Source: the human T2T-CHM13v2.0 reference genome, Homo sapiens. Taken from it: a stretch of DNA of 64,000 bases. Under the pieces are notes generated by a model that was not told the origin of the DNA, did not search any database, and saw only the letters and a program-made list of their open reading frames with translations. Positions 1 through 11,526 of this stretch are shown in pieces. The position numbers and the translations under genes were made by a program. Positions within the stretch are counted from its first letter, which is position 1. The number at the start of each line of letters is the position of its first letter. The stretch is taken from the NCBI RefSeq assembly GCF_009914755.1, contig NC_060925.1. One strand, given 5' to 3'.

Positions 1-16
1 ACCGTCATGGAATCTT

Positions 17-274
17 TTGTTTTGTTTTGTTTTTGAGACAGAGTTTCACTCTGTCACCCAGGCCAGAGTACAGTGGCACCACCACAGCTCACTGCAGCCT
101 TGACCTCCTGGGCTCAGTCTTCCCACCTCAGCCTCCCTAGTAGCTGGGACTATAGGTGAGCACCACCATACCCAGCTAATTTTTTTTTTTTTTTCTAATT
201 CTAGGCTCAAGCCATTAGTCCGCCTTGGCCTCTCAAAGTGCTGGGATTACAGGCGTGAGCCACCATGCCCAGCC
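17..274 (-). mobile_element. AluJ-type SINE with an internal deletion in the left arm
   Basis: Antisense Alu from a T-rich tail to ...caccatgcccagcc; TSD gtcatgga(a/g)tctt at 4-16 and 276-288; about 50 bp of the left arm is missing after the middle T-tract. Confidence 0.9.
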
Positions 275-821
275 TGTCATGGAGTCTTACATGTAATTGT
301 TTCTAGCATCACCATAATGCTAAACCAACTGCATAATTACCATAATGCTGTAACAACAGCAATGACAACAACAAAATTCAGTGGTTTAACAAAATGAAAA
401 TTTATTTCTTGTTCATGTAATTGTCCAAAGTATATATTTCTGATTTGCAGTATCCCTTCATGTGGTGTTTAGGGGCCATCTTTTGGCTCTAGTATTCCTT
501 AGAAGCTGAACATTCCCAGCATTCAGATGACAGACAGGAGAAGAGAATGTGGATCATCCCCATCAACTTCTTAAAAATCAAAGCCTGGAAGTGATACACA
601 TCACTTCTACTCATATTCCATTGGGGATAGCTAGTTACACAAATGGAAGGGATGCTCAGAAATAGTCAATCCCAATGTCAATTCTATATGAATATTTGGT
701 GAACAGCTAGTCATCTAGGTCTAATGTTATCTGTGTGCCAGGCAAATGCATTATGGTAATTATGCATTTGGTTTAGCATTATGGTGATGCTTGAAACAAT
801 TACATGTTAGACTCCATGACA
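275..821. repeat. Inverted repeat: 275-348 is the reverse complement of 748-821 (71/74 identical), and the match continues into the flanking Alu 5' ends
   Basis: Direct comparison: tgtcatggagtcttacatg...cataatgc versus gcattatgg...gactccatgaca. Confidence 0.95.
349..720 (-). mobile_element. Old MaLR LTR (MLT1-family)
   Basis: Antisense MLT1 motifs cagtggtttaacaaaa...tttatttcttgttcatgt and cctggaagtgatacacatcacttctactcatattccattgg. Confidence 0.6.
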
Positions 822-957
822 AGCTGGCAATGGTGGCTCACACCTGTAATCCCAGCACTTTGAGAGGCCAAGGCAGGTGGATGGCTTGAGCCTAGGAGTT
901 AGAGATCAGCCTGGCCAAGATGGCAAAACCCCATCTATACAAAAAAAATACAAAATT
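822..957 (+). mobile_element. Alu left monomer, part of the inverted duplication
   Basis: gctggcaatggtggctcacacctgtaatcccagcactttgagaggcc...aaaaatacaaaatt. Confidence 0.9.
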
Positions 958-2000
958 GATCACCAAATATCAGTGGATACCTTTCTTCCCATACTTAAAC
1001 ACTTAGAACATAAACACACACCACGAAATAAAAAATCCCATTCAGCCACCACATCCAGCTCAAAGTCTAGGATCTCTGAGAGGTGTGCAGTTCTTTTTGG
1101 CAAGTCTGGATCTACCTCCTTATGGTCTGGAGACTTAGAAACTCAAAACAACTATCTGTGTTCCACTAATCACCACCCAAAATACAACATGGAGGTAGAA
1201 ACACAGGAATAGTACAGGACATTCTAAAGTCCTCTTTCGGGAAGGGAAGAATGGGAGCTACAGAGCAGTCTCTTGTCCATCACAATGATGAAATCTTGCT
1301 TGAATAGGCACGATAAAAACTGCCTGCTCCAATATGAGGGGAAATTTCTGGATTAGATCTTAATTCTGATCTCTGGTGGAATTTCCTTGTCCATTGTTCT
1401 CCCTGGTACCTGGCTCCACCTTTGGCAGATTCTTCCGTGTACACTTTCCTCCATGGTCTCATCTGAAATGAACATCGTTGAGTTGGCCTTCCTTGGAACT
1501 ACACAACATTCACAGCCTGCTTCCTGCTAGTGCAGATTTGGAGCCCTGAGAGCTGTTTTATATTTCAGGGTATTTTTTATTTATTTTAGCCAGGATTATG
1601 ATTTATCTGCCAACACAATTCTCTCAAAGACAGTAGGCTTCTAATCTATTTGCTTCCAGTCAATTGCATGTGCCAGTAGCCCAAAAGTCTTTCCTAGACA
1701 CAAGTCTTAGTACTGTCCTATTTCTTTGTTTCCTCACCCTCATGCCTCTCTCAACTCATCTGAGGCTACCCTATAACCATCTGGCCACAGGGTTCAGTAT
1801 GGAGGTAATAACTTGAAGCTGATCTTTTTCATAGCCTGAGTCCTTCTGTATAACTGTGAAATCTTAATGAACCTTTGTTGCCCAAATATACTTTGCACCT
1901 TAACTCCCATTGTTTGAGGCCCAGAAAGTTCAATTTTTCCAGTCCCACAAGGTCCCATACTGCCTTTATAACCTTTAATTTGGATTTCATGACAGATTAC
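958..2000 (-). mobile_element. MaLR internal sequence (MLT1-int), decayed
   Basis: Resembles antisense MLT-int (aaagtctaggatctc, aactatctg...cacccaaaatacaa) and lies next to the MLT1 LTR; right boundary approximate. Confidence 0.5.
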
Positions 2001-2049
2001 TAAACCCAAATCATCTCAGTGTCTATTTGTGAAGAACTTGACCCAAGAT

Positions 2050-2270
2050 CCTTGTATATTGACCATCTCCCTATTAGGATGTAAGTTCTAACATGGCAAA
2101 GACTTTGTCTATCTTGCTTATTACTATATCCCAATGCCTAGACCAGACCAGTGTCTAGCACATAATCATTTAAGGTGCTAAACAAGTATCTATTGAATGA
2201 ATGAATGAATGAATGAATGAATGGAATAGGCACAAATAGACATTTATTTAATGAATAGATGAAATGAATT
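2050..2270 (+). mobile_element. L2 3' end with (TGAA)n tail
   Basis: gatgtaagttc...gactttgtct...gtctagcacata...tattgaatgaatgaatgaatgaatgaatgaatg. Confidence 0.7.
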
Positions 2271-3929
2271 TAGTGTTCTCCTTGACAGATGTTCTGGTAA
2301 AGCTATTCTTCATTTCACTACATCCAGTGATGTTTTAGAGCACAGTAATGCTTTAGCAACTATCATAGGTTGACACTTTGGAAAACTGCCTGGTTGGCTC
2401 ATGCCCAACTCTCACTGAGTGAATAAATGTGGTGCATGCCTAGGACTAGGAGAAGCAGAAGACACACAATGGGGGAAATGAGGTAAAGGAGGGCTTGCTT
2501 ACTGAGTGCAATCAGATTGAGGCAGTGCCACCACTGATAATCAATAGGGAGAGGGAACTCTGTAAGCAGCTACGACTCTTCTGTGTAAGTAGCCACACTT
2601 TCTTTTGGCCAAGCAAGGGAAAGGCTGGCTATCCCTATAGAGATGTGGGAGAGAAGGGAATATGGCAGTTCTAGGTGTTTCCCTCTGATAAGGTAAACCC
2701 TGGAGCCTGATGCCTGATCCCTCTTTAATCCGTAGCTTTTAAACATCTTTGCCAAGCATGGAGCAGGGTTGGGTGGCAGCTAAAATTGGCTAAAAATAAA
2801 TGCTGAAACAGACATTGTTTGTCAGGAGCAGGTGTTTTAGGAAAGTATAGTTTGACTTCTGAAAATAAAGAGTACCTCACAGGACTTTTGTAAGGGGAGA
2901 CTGGGCACCTGGTGGCAGCAATGAAGGTTGTTTTCCTGTCCCAGGTCTCCTGAAGGAAGGCTGGCCAAGCCTTCCATCCCACCCCCATCCCTAATACCAC
3001 CACATACCACAGCCCTGTCTTGGCTCTACCGGGTTGCTTTACCACCTCCTGCTCAATATAGATTCACAAAGCCACCACCTTCTGAGTCAAGGATTATAGA
3101 GTTTCTCAAAATAAGTTGCACTGAACAACTGCTGTACCCAGAAACAGACTGAATGGAAATTCCAAAGCCTTGGGACAAGGTTCCTATTCCCTCACACTTA
3201 AGCTCCTGCCCCTGGGCCCCTGTAGGCGCCTGACCGGGAAGCAAATAGAAAGAACAAATCTTTCCAACCCTGTTTTCCATTTTTGCATCGAAAAGAAGTT
3301 GGTCTAGGTCAGTGCATTTAAAGCCTTTTTGTAATAGGGAAGCTCTTCAAATACGATCTCCTGTAAGCTCACGCACAGAACTGGCCAATGCTGATTGAAC
3401 AGTCCTAATTGAATTGTGAGGCAGGGAAAGGTGGGTAGCTGAGCCTTACCCACTTTGTCTCATCTCTGTCTCTCCTTTCTGTGGGCCTGGATGAGCTATC
3501 AAAATCCCTTCTGTCATAGCTAAGGGCAGAGCAGTGTGAGACCCAGCAGGCTGGGACACACTGAAGAGGGCCAGGACCTGGAAATAAACTACATGGGGCA
3601 GGTCTTCCTAGCTCATGTCAGTATTGCACCAAGGGAGCTGGGCCAAACTTAGCATACAAGCCCTGTAGGTATGAGTATAGGTGGAGATGGGGGGTCAAGT
3701 TGGCCTCAGCTGAGAAGAGAGAGGCCCTCTGTGTTAGGAACCCAGGAAGGGCCAGAGACCATGAGCAGTTTGATGTGACCAAAATGGAACTAAATGGTTA
3801 CAGTATTAGCGTTTGCAGATGACATTGGAGAGGAAACCATGAAGGATCCAGTTAATGGGCCCTTGAAGGTGAGTATGGGAAGCTTGGACGTCACTGACCC
3901 TGTCTAGGTTTAGATGCCCCAAACATTCC

Positions 3930-4500
3930 ACCTAGGCTTTCGCTCAGCCTTATTCCTGGCACCCACCTTCCACCACCCAATATGAGTCCATCCTCCACGC
4001 TGATGCTGTCATGATCTTCCTGAAACACAACTTGGCCTATCCCAGCACTCCCTCCTTCAGCTCCTTCAATGTATCCTTATGGAGTAAAGTCCAAACTCCT
4101 AAGCCTGCCTTTCAAAGTCCTCCACAACCTCCTTTTGAGCATGATCCTTCATGCACCTGTCCTTCTACAGGCCCCACCTCTCTGGCTGACTCGTGTTGGG
4201 CCCTCTACCCATTCTCCTTCCTCTCTGCAACCTCCCTTGCCTTCTCCCAGGGTCTTCTGTTGAAGATCTGTTATTCTTTAAGGCCTGGTTCTAATCTCAT
4301 GTCCTTCAAAACTCCTTTTAAGATCTTCTAGTTTGAAATAGTCTCTCAAGCCACTGTATTTGTATATCATGTATCTACACCAGCACTTATCTGTCTGCCC
4401 AGTATCAGAGTTATTTATAAATGTCTGTTTCTCCTATTATGTTGTATGCTCTTAGAAAGCAAAAATAGAATTGACAAAAGAAATATTTGATGAGTTTCTC
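3930..4500 (+). mobile_element. L2 fragment
   Basis: catcctccac...atgatcttcctgaaacacaa...gtccaaactcctaagcctgcctttcaaag, typical of the L2 3' region. Confidence 0.55.
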
Positions 4501-6051
4501 GTATTGGAGTTTATAAAAACCTTTTTGGAATAGTTCTATAGATATCTAAACACTAAGAGCAACCATCCTGAGCCTAGGACATGCTGATCTTTCAAGACCC
4601 ACACAATTTCTACTCCTTGTTCTATGGTAGGTTATCACTAGATAAGAAATGCCACCCTGACAGGCCAAGAATCCTCCCCGCCCCTCTCAGCCCAGTGTTG
4701 TGTCTAACCGTGGAGCCAGGCTGGCGATTTGGGGCAGAGCATGGTGTTGATATCAAAACATTTGGACATCATCCACCACACTGCCTTAGTCCCTTTACTC
4801 GACTCTGGACCTATCATCTGAGGTGAACACATGACTGCTTAGTCTGTGAGGAATGGAGGAACGCAGGAACTTAGCAAGGGAGGCAAGTGGTTATACAGGG
4901 GGAAAAGCAGCCATCTGAGATAATTTATTGAGTATACTTATGTGCCAGGCTCTGGACCAGAGACTCTGGGTGATACAACCCTGAAAGGTAAGAAATATGG
5001 TTAAGTAGAAGTCAGGATAATGTGCAGTAGACAGACAGATTGTGCTCCTGAACCACAGGAAACTTAAAATGTTTACTTTGGAGAAACCTATGAATAGGAA
5101 AGTGAGGTTTCCAGTCTATTCCAGAGGAGCCAATTTAATTCATAATGTAACTAACTATAGTATCTTAACATTATAGAACTCAAGAAGCTTTTAAAATCTG
5201 ATTCCAACAGAAAAAGTCATTTTGCATTCCAGTATGAATGCCATTTCCTCCAAGTACAGCCCTGGCCACACGCTTGAAGGTCCTCTCCCCTGCACAGGGC
5301 CCATGTAGTGGCAGAATGTGCCCTCAGCCAGTATAAATGGCAGGGAAGGAGAGTTCCTGAAGTGTCTAGTGTTTGAAGTGGGTGCCTAAGTGTCCCCAGC
5401 AGCAAGGAGGAGAGGAGAGTTTGAATGCTTCCTTGCTTCAGGGATGCGAGTCCTTGGCTGGAATGGTCATTTGTGTGGAATGGGCATTCACTGAGCATGA
5501 TTTGTATGCTGGGAAGGGTCTATTTACTTAATTTGTTGAATTGGAGAATATAAGAGCTGAAAAGATCATTTAAGGTGAACTAATCGAAGGTGCACACTTT
5601 ATAGAGGAGGAGACAGACACTAAAGACTTGCCTCTGGCTATACAAAAATTGTGGCAAGACCAGGCTATGAACCCAGATCTTCCATGGAGCAGGTCACTTC
5701 ATCTGAGTTCAGTTTCTTCATTTGTTTAGTGGGAATGATCATGTCTCCCCAGCTCCCAGGGTTGTTGGGAGGTTCAAATGAGGACATGCTTATGGAATCT
5801 TTATAAATTGCAAAAAGCCATGCAAATGGAAGTTACTTCTGCTTCTTCTGTTCCCAACTGCTTCTTACTCCCGTCTTCAAACTTAGTAGTATAATGAAGT
5901 AATACAGGAGCCAGGATGTGTGATAGCAGGATCCCGAGATAGCCCAAATCCTACTAGCCCCTCCAGCCTAAGAAGCTGTGGGGCCTGTTAACACTTGACC
6001 CATTTTTCCTTTTTTTTTCTACCCCTGAAGCTGATATTTCTCTTTGGACAG

Positions 6052-6169
6052 GCAGCAGAAAACATGCTTGCTCTTCTTACTCAAGCAAGAGAGGGCCAGC
6101 CTCCTAGAAAATGTTTACAAGCTTCAAAGAAGACGTGCTTGCATGGGACAGCACGAGAAACATCCCCAG
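6052..6169 (+). other. Candidate exon (unverified)
   Basis: Pyrimidine tract with ...ttctctttggacag| acceptor and cag|gtgcgt donor; 118 bp in non-repeat DNA. Confidence 0.25.
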
Positions 6170-6699
6170 GTGCGTGTCAGAGCAATGCTGGCAGCCCTTT
6201 GGTCTCACCCAGTATGAGGCTGTAGAGAGCAGGGGTTCTCAGCAGAAATCCCTCCTGAAACAAGAGCTTTCCCCTGGGTGCCACCTTTGTGCCTTCAAAT
6301 ACGCTGGTTTAGGTTGTATGTACATGTTCCACCTACTCCCACTTGCAGATATTTCTGCAATAAGTTAAAAAATATTTTGCAATTGTTTGCCATTGATGGG
6401 TCATTTGTTTTTCAATTACTTGGTGCCATTTTTAGAAATGTCCTATCAACTACCACTATTCAGCTATGGCATTCTATTGCTGGTGTGAGCCCACACATCT
6501 GGGCACACTTTCCTATAAGAAAGGTCTTACTGAGTTCTGATTGGTTGATTTTCCTTGTGGTCCAGCTGATTACAACACCTTTCTGCACAGGACATTCACA
6601 AGATTGCCCATAATAGCAACCACTCTGACAGAAAAATCATGTGTCAAGTGTGTCATCTGTTTTAAAGCATCAAACAGCTGTGAGTGAAAATCATAATGG

Positions 6700-6910
6700 G
6701 AGGTAACATTTATTAAGCAATGAATGTATCAGGCCCAGTACTGAGTATGTCACTTGAATAATTTCATTTAATCCTCACAACAACCTTCTAAGGTAGGTTG
6801 ACTAATATTATAAATATTTGCATTTTACAAATGAGGAAACTGAGGCTTAGCTAAGTTAAGTGACCTGCTCACAGTCCCATAGCTTGTAAACAGAAGAGGT
6901 GGGATTTGGT
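6700..6910 (-). mobile_element. MIR
   Basis: Antisense MIR core tcatttaatcctcacaacaacc...cattttacaaatgaggaaactgaggct. Confidence 0.8.
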
Positions 6911-6979
6911 AACATTAATCTAGGTCAGTGGATTTTGCATGTGAAATTCTAAAAATGATTTAAAAATAAAGGTGCACTT

Positions 6980-7229
6980 CAGCATGTTCTCACTCATAAG
7001 TGAGAGATGAACAACGAGAACACATGGACACAGGGAGGGGAACATCACACTCTGGGGCCTTTCAGGGGGTGGGGGCCTAGGGGAGGGATAGCATTAGGAG
7101 AAATGCCTAATGTAGGTGACAGGTTGATAGGTGCAGCAAACCACCATGGCATGTGTATACCTATGTAACAAAACTGCACGTTCTGCACATGTACCCCAGA
7201 ATTTAAAGTATAATAAAAAAATAAAAATA
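6980..7229 (+). mobile_element. 5'-truncated L1PA (L1PA7/8-like) 3' end
   Basis: L1PA 3' UTR plus A-rich tail; TSD aaaa(t/c)aaaggtgcactt at 6963-6979 and 7230-7246. Confidence 0.9.
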
Positions 7230-7490
7230 AAAACAAAGGTGCACTTAATTGCATAGTTGATAAAAAGTGCTCCTCAGTGAATAAAATGGAAAAATGTTCT
7301 GAGCTGTTGTTTCAGGCCAGGAAGGCGTTTACTGTGATCTGATATGAGTCTTGTGGTACAGAGAGGACCTTGCATGTAGCAGGCCATAGATGGTTACTAA
7401 GTTCTGTAGGACAGTCGGAGGTACCCCAAGAGGGCAAAGCTGGGCCCCTACCCAGCATTACATGACTCTGAACAACAAGAAATTATGGAA

Positions 7491-7606
7491 GGATGGGTGT
7501 GGTGGCTCACACCTGTAATTCTAGCACTTTTGGAGGCTGAGGCAGGAGGATCCTTTGAGCCCAGGTGTTCGAGACCAGCCCGGACACCACAGGGAGACCC
7601 TGTCTC

Positions 7607-7633
<27 letters not shown>
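7491..7633 (+). mobile_element. FLAM (free left Alu monomer) with poly(A)
   Basis: Single Alu left monomer ending ...gagaccctgtctc followed by about 27 A. Confidence 0.85.

Positions 7634-7675
<42 letters not shown>
7633..7675. repeat. (TA)n microsatellite
   Basis: About 21 TA units with one interruption, following the FLAM tail. Confidence 0.95.
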
Positions 7676-7732
7676 GGAAAGGTTCCAAAGAGCACCATCC
7701 TGCCCAAGTCACTTCTGTATTTATTCTCATAG

Positions 7733-7820
7733 ATGCCTATTTAGTCTGTAGGCATGGGCTACTTGTAGGTTCAGTGCCAGAAACAGCACTGGATATTGCA
7801 GCACATGTAACATTTTGCAG
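7733..7820 (+). other. Candidate exon (unverified)
   Basis: cttctgtatttattctcatag| acceptor and strong cag|gtaaga donor; 88 bp. Confidence 0.3.
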
Positions 7821-8877
7821 GTAAGATGTAAACCCACCTTACTCCCTTCTTTACCCTCTCCTCCTGTGGCTTCTTCCATCTCCCTCACCTATTCCAGGAG
7901 GCTTTGATGTAAGGTTTTTTGTTAGTATGCTCAGTGAGTAGGGAGCAGTCAGTATAGGGAGGTGGGTGGGAGCCATGATTGTCTCCCTGTCACCACAAGT
8001 ACAGCTGAGACTGTGCTCCATCCAGTCACACTCCAACAGCAGCTGCCACAGCAACCACACTCTCAGCCTAGTTTCCAAGAGTCAAAGTGGCTGTCCCCAA
8101 AGCCCCCTGGAATGTTGATAGAGCTGAAAACTCAGATTAAAAAATGACTCGATAAAAAATTGACTGAGTCAGAACTTAAAGACTATGCCTTGCTCAGCCC
8201 TACCCCCATTCTGCTTCTGTTTCCATCTCATCCAGTGCATGTTCTAGCTGTTATATGCAGTGTAAGGACACCACACATGTGAAGTAATAATGTGATAGTC
8301 CTTTAGAACTTCTCTAGAAAGGATCTCAGTAGACATGTGTTGCAGATACACAAGTAAGCCCAGGAGATCATAGGCTCATGTTACACAGATTATGGGGTGA
8401 TCACATGCCTTTAGTCAAGCTTTGAGTCTTATTAAATACTAATCTATAAAAGTTCATCTTCTGCTTAAGGGAGCTCTACATCTGGAAATGAAAGAACAAT
8501 ATCTATCATCATGAAAACACAAAATTATAAAATTCACTGGTAAAGCAGACACATAAATGAGAAAAAGGACTCAAATGTTACCACTCAGGAAAACCACCAA
8601 GCCACAGTGACAAACAATAAGAGAAAAAAAGAAACAAAGGATATACAAATCAGTAAGAAAACAATCATTAAAATGACAGAGATAGTCATTATCTGCCAAT
8701 AATAACCATAAATGTAAATGGATTAAATTAACAAATTGAAAGATAAAACTTGCCATGAATGAGTAAAAATTCATGACCCAATCATATGTTGCCTACAAGA
8801 AACGCATGTCACCTGTAAAGATATATACTGACTGAAAGTAAAGGGATAGGAAAATATATCCCAAGTAAATGGAAACC

Positions 8878-9836
8878 TGTGGGGAAAAGAGAGATCAGAT
8901 TGTTACTGTGTGTAGAAAGAAGTAGACATAGGAGACTCCATTTTGTTCTGTACTAAAAAAAATTCTTCTGCCTTGAGATGCTGTTAATCTATAACCTTAC
9001 CCCCAACCCTGTGTTCCCTGAAACATGTGCTGTGTCCACTCAAGGTTAAATGGATTAAGGGCTGTGTAAAATGTGCTTTGTTAAACAAATGCTTGAAGGC
9101 AGCATGCTTGTTAAGAGTCATCACCACTCCCTAATCTCAAGTACCCAGGGACACAAACACTGTGGAAGTCCGCAGGGACCTCTGCCAAGGAAAGCCAGGT
9201 ATTGTCCAAGGTTTCTCCCCATGTGATAGTCTGAAATATGGCCTTGTGGGAAGGGAAAGAACTGACCGTCCCCCAGCCTGACACCCGTAAAGGGACTGTG
9301 CTGAGGAGGATTAGTATAAGAGGAAGGAAGGCCTCTTTGCAGCTGAGACAAGAGGAAGGCATCTTCTCCTGCCCGTCCCTGGGCAATGGAATGTCTCGGT
9401 ATAAAACCTGATTGTATGTTCCATCTACTGAGATAGGGGAAAACAGCCTTAGGGCTAGAGGTGGGACATGTGGGCAACAATACTGCTCTGTAAGGCATTG
9501 AGATGTTTATGTGTATGCATATCTAAAGCACAGCCCTTAATTCTTTACCTTGTCTATGATGCAGCGACCTTTGTTCACGTGTTTATCTGCTGACCTTCTC
9601 TCCACTATTATCCTATGACCCTGCCACATCCCCCTCTCCGAGAAACACCCAAGAATGATCAATAAATACTAAGGGAACTCAGAGGCTGGCGGGATCCTCC
9701 GTATGCTGAATGCTGGTCCCCTGGGCCCCCTTATTTCTTTCTCTATACTTTGTCTCTGTGTCTTTTTCTTTTCCAAGTCTCTCGTTCCACCTAACGAGAA
9801 ACACCCACAGGTGTGGAGGGGCAACCCACCCCTTCA
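8878..9836 (+). mobile_element. HERV-K(HML-2) solo LTR, LTR5_Hs/LTR5B-type
   Basis: TG...CA termini (tgtggggaaaagagagatcagattg...cacccttca), 959 bp, TATA at ~9400, AATAAA at 9661, perfect 6-bp TSD gaaacc at 8872-8877 and 9837-9842. Confidence 0.95.
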
Positions 9837-10174
9837 GAAACCAAAAGCAAGCAAGAATACCTATACTTATATCAGATAAAACAGACTTTAAGTCAAAACA
9901 GTAAACAGATTGACTATTCCACAGAACATGTTAAAAAAAAAACAGTAAAAAAAAAAAAAAGACCATTCTAAATATATATGACACCAGAGCACCCAGATAT
10001 ATAAAGCAAATATTATTAGATCTAAAGGGAGAGATAGACTCTAATGTGGTAATAGTTGTCAATTTCAACGGTCTACTCTCAGTATTGGACAGATCATCTG
10101 GACAGAAAATCAGTGAAGAAACACTGGATTTAAACTGCACTTTAAGCCAAATGGACCTAACAGACAATTACACA

Positions 10175-10802
10175 TTTTTTTAACTTTTAAGGGCAGGGGT
10201 ACATATGCAGGTTTGTTACATAGGTAAAACTGTGTCATGGGGGTTTGTTATACAGATTATTTTGTCACCCAGGTATTAAGGCTAGTACCCATTAGTTATT
10301 TTTCCTGATCCCCTCCCTACTCCCATCCTCCACCCTCCAGTAGGCACAGTGTCTGTTGTTCCCCTCTATGTTTCCATGTGTTCTCATCATTTAGCTCCCA
10401 CTTATAAGTTAGAATATGTGGTATTTGATTTTCTGTTCCTGTTAGTTTGCTGGAAGTTCCTGGAGCTTCCAGCTCCATCCATGTTCCTGCAAAGGATACA
10501 ATCTCATTCTTTTTTATGGCTGCATAGTATTCCAGGTGCATATGTACCACATTTTCTTTATCTAATGTATTCTTGATAGGCATTAGGTTGATTCCATGTC
10601 TTTGCTATTGTGAATAGTGCTGCAGTGAACCTATGCATGCATATGTCTTTATGATAGAATGATTTATATTCCTTTGGCTTTATACCCAGTAATGAGATTG
10701 CTGGATTTAATAGTAGTTCTGTTTTTAGCTCTTTGAGGAATTGCCACAATGCTTTCCACAATGGTTGAACTAATTTACACTCCCACCAATGATGTATGAA
10801 GC
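10175..10802 (-). mobile_element. L1PA13-16-like 3' end nested in the older L1
   Basis: Antisense L1PA 3' UTR gtcatgggggtttgttatacagattattttgtcacccaggtatt; ORF2 C-terminal peptide EYYAAIKKNEIVSFAGTWMELE. Confidence 0.85.
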
Positions 10803-11012
10803 CCCAAGTTCAAGTGATTCTCCTGCCTCAGCCTCTCGAGTAGCTGGGATTACAGGCACCCACCACCATGCCCGGCTAATTTTTGTATTTTTAGTAGAGA
10901 CGGGGTTTCACCATGTTGGCCAGGCTGTTCTCAAACTGCTGACCTCAGGTAATCTGCCCACCTCAGCCTCCCAAAGTGCTGTGATTACAGGCGTGAGCCA
11001 CCACGCCTGGCT
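10803..11012 (-). mobile_element. AluS fragment, 3' part of the right arm missing (inversion breakpoint)
   Basis: gttcaagtgattctcctgcctcagcc...gtgagccaccacgcctggct. Confidence 0.9.
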
Positions 11013-11118
11013 GTGATTTCAATATTTTAAAATTTGTTGAAACTCATTTTGTGTCCTGACTTATGGTTTATCCTGGAGAATGCTCCATGTGCTGATAAGA
11101 GCAATGTTTACTCTGCAG

Positions 11119-11526
<408 letters not shown>

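Noticed and set aside
692-970. 11-bp inverted match atatttggtga (692-702) and tcaccaaatat (960-970) as part of the inverted duplication
   Set aside because: Short, and plausibly native to the MLT1 LTR start and MLT-int end, so not counted as evidence
2700-3900. Possible very old LTR or DNA-transposon relics (also 7930-8350 and 41930-42050)
   Set aside because: Too decayed for me to assign family or boundaries without a profile search
4949-4987. Possible 39-bp exon ending in aag|gtaaga
   Set aside because: The acceptor is weak and lies in an L2/MIR-like tail remnant, with no other support
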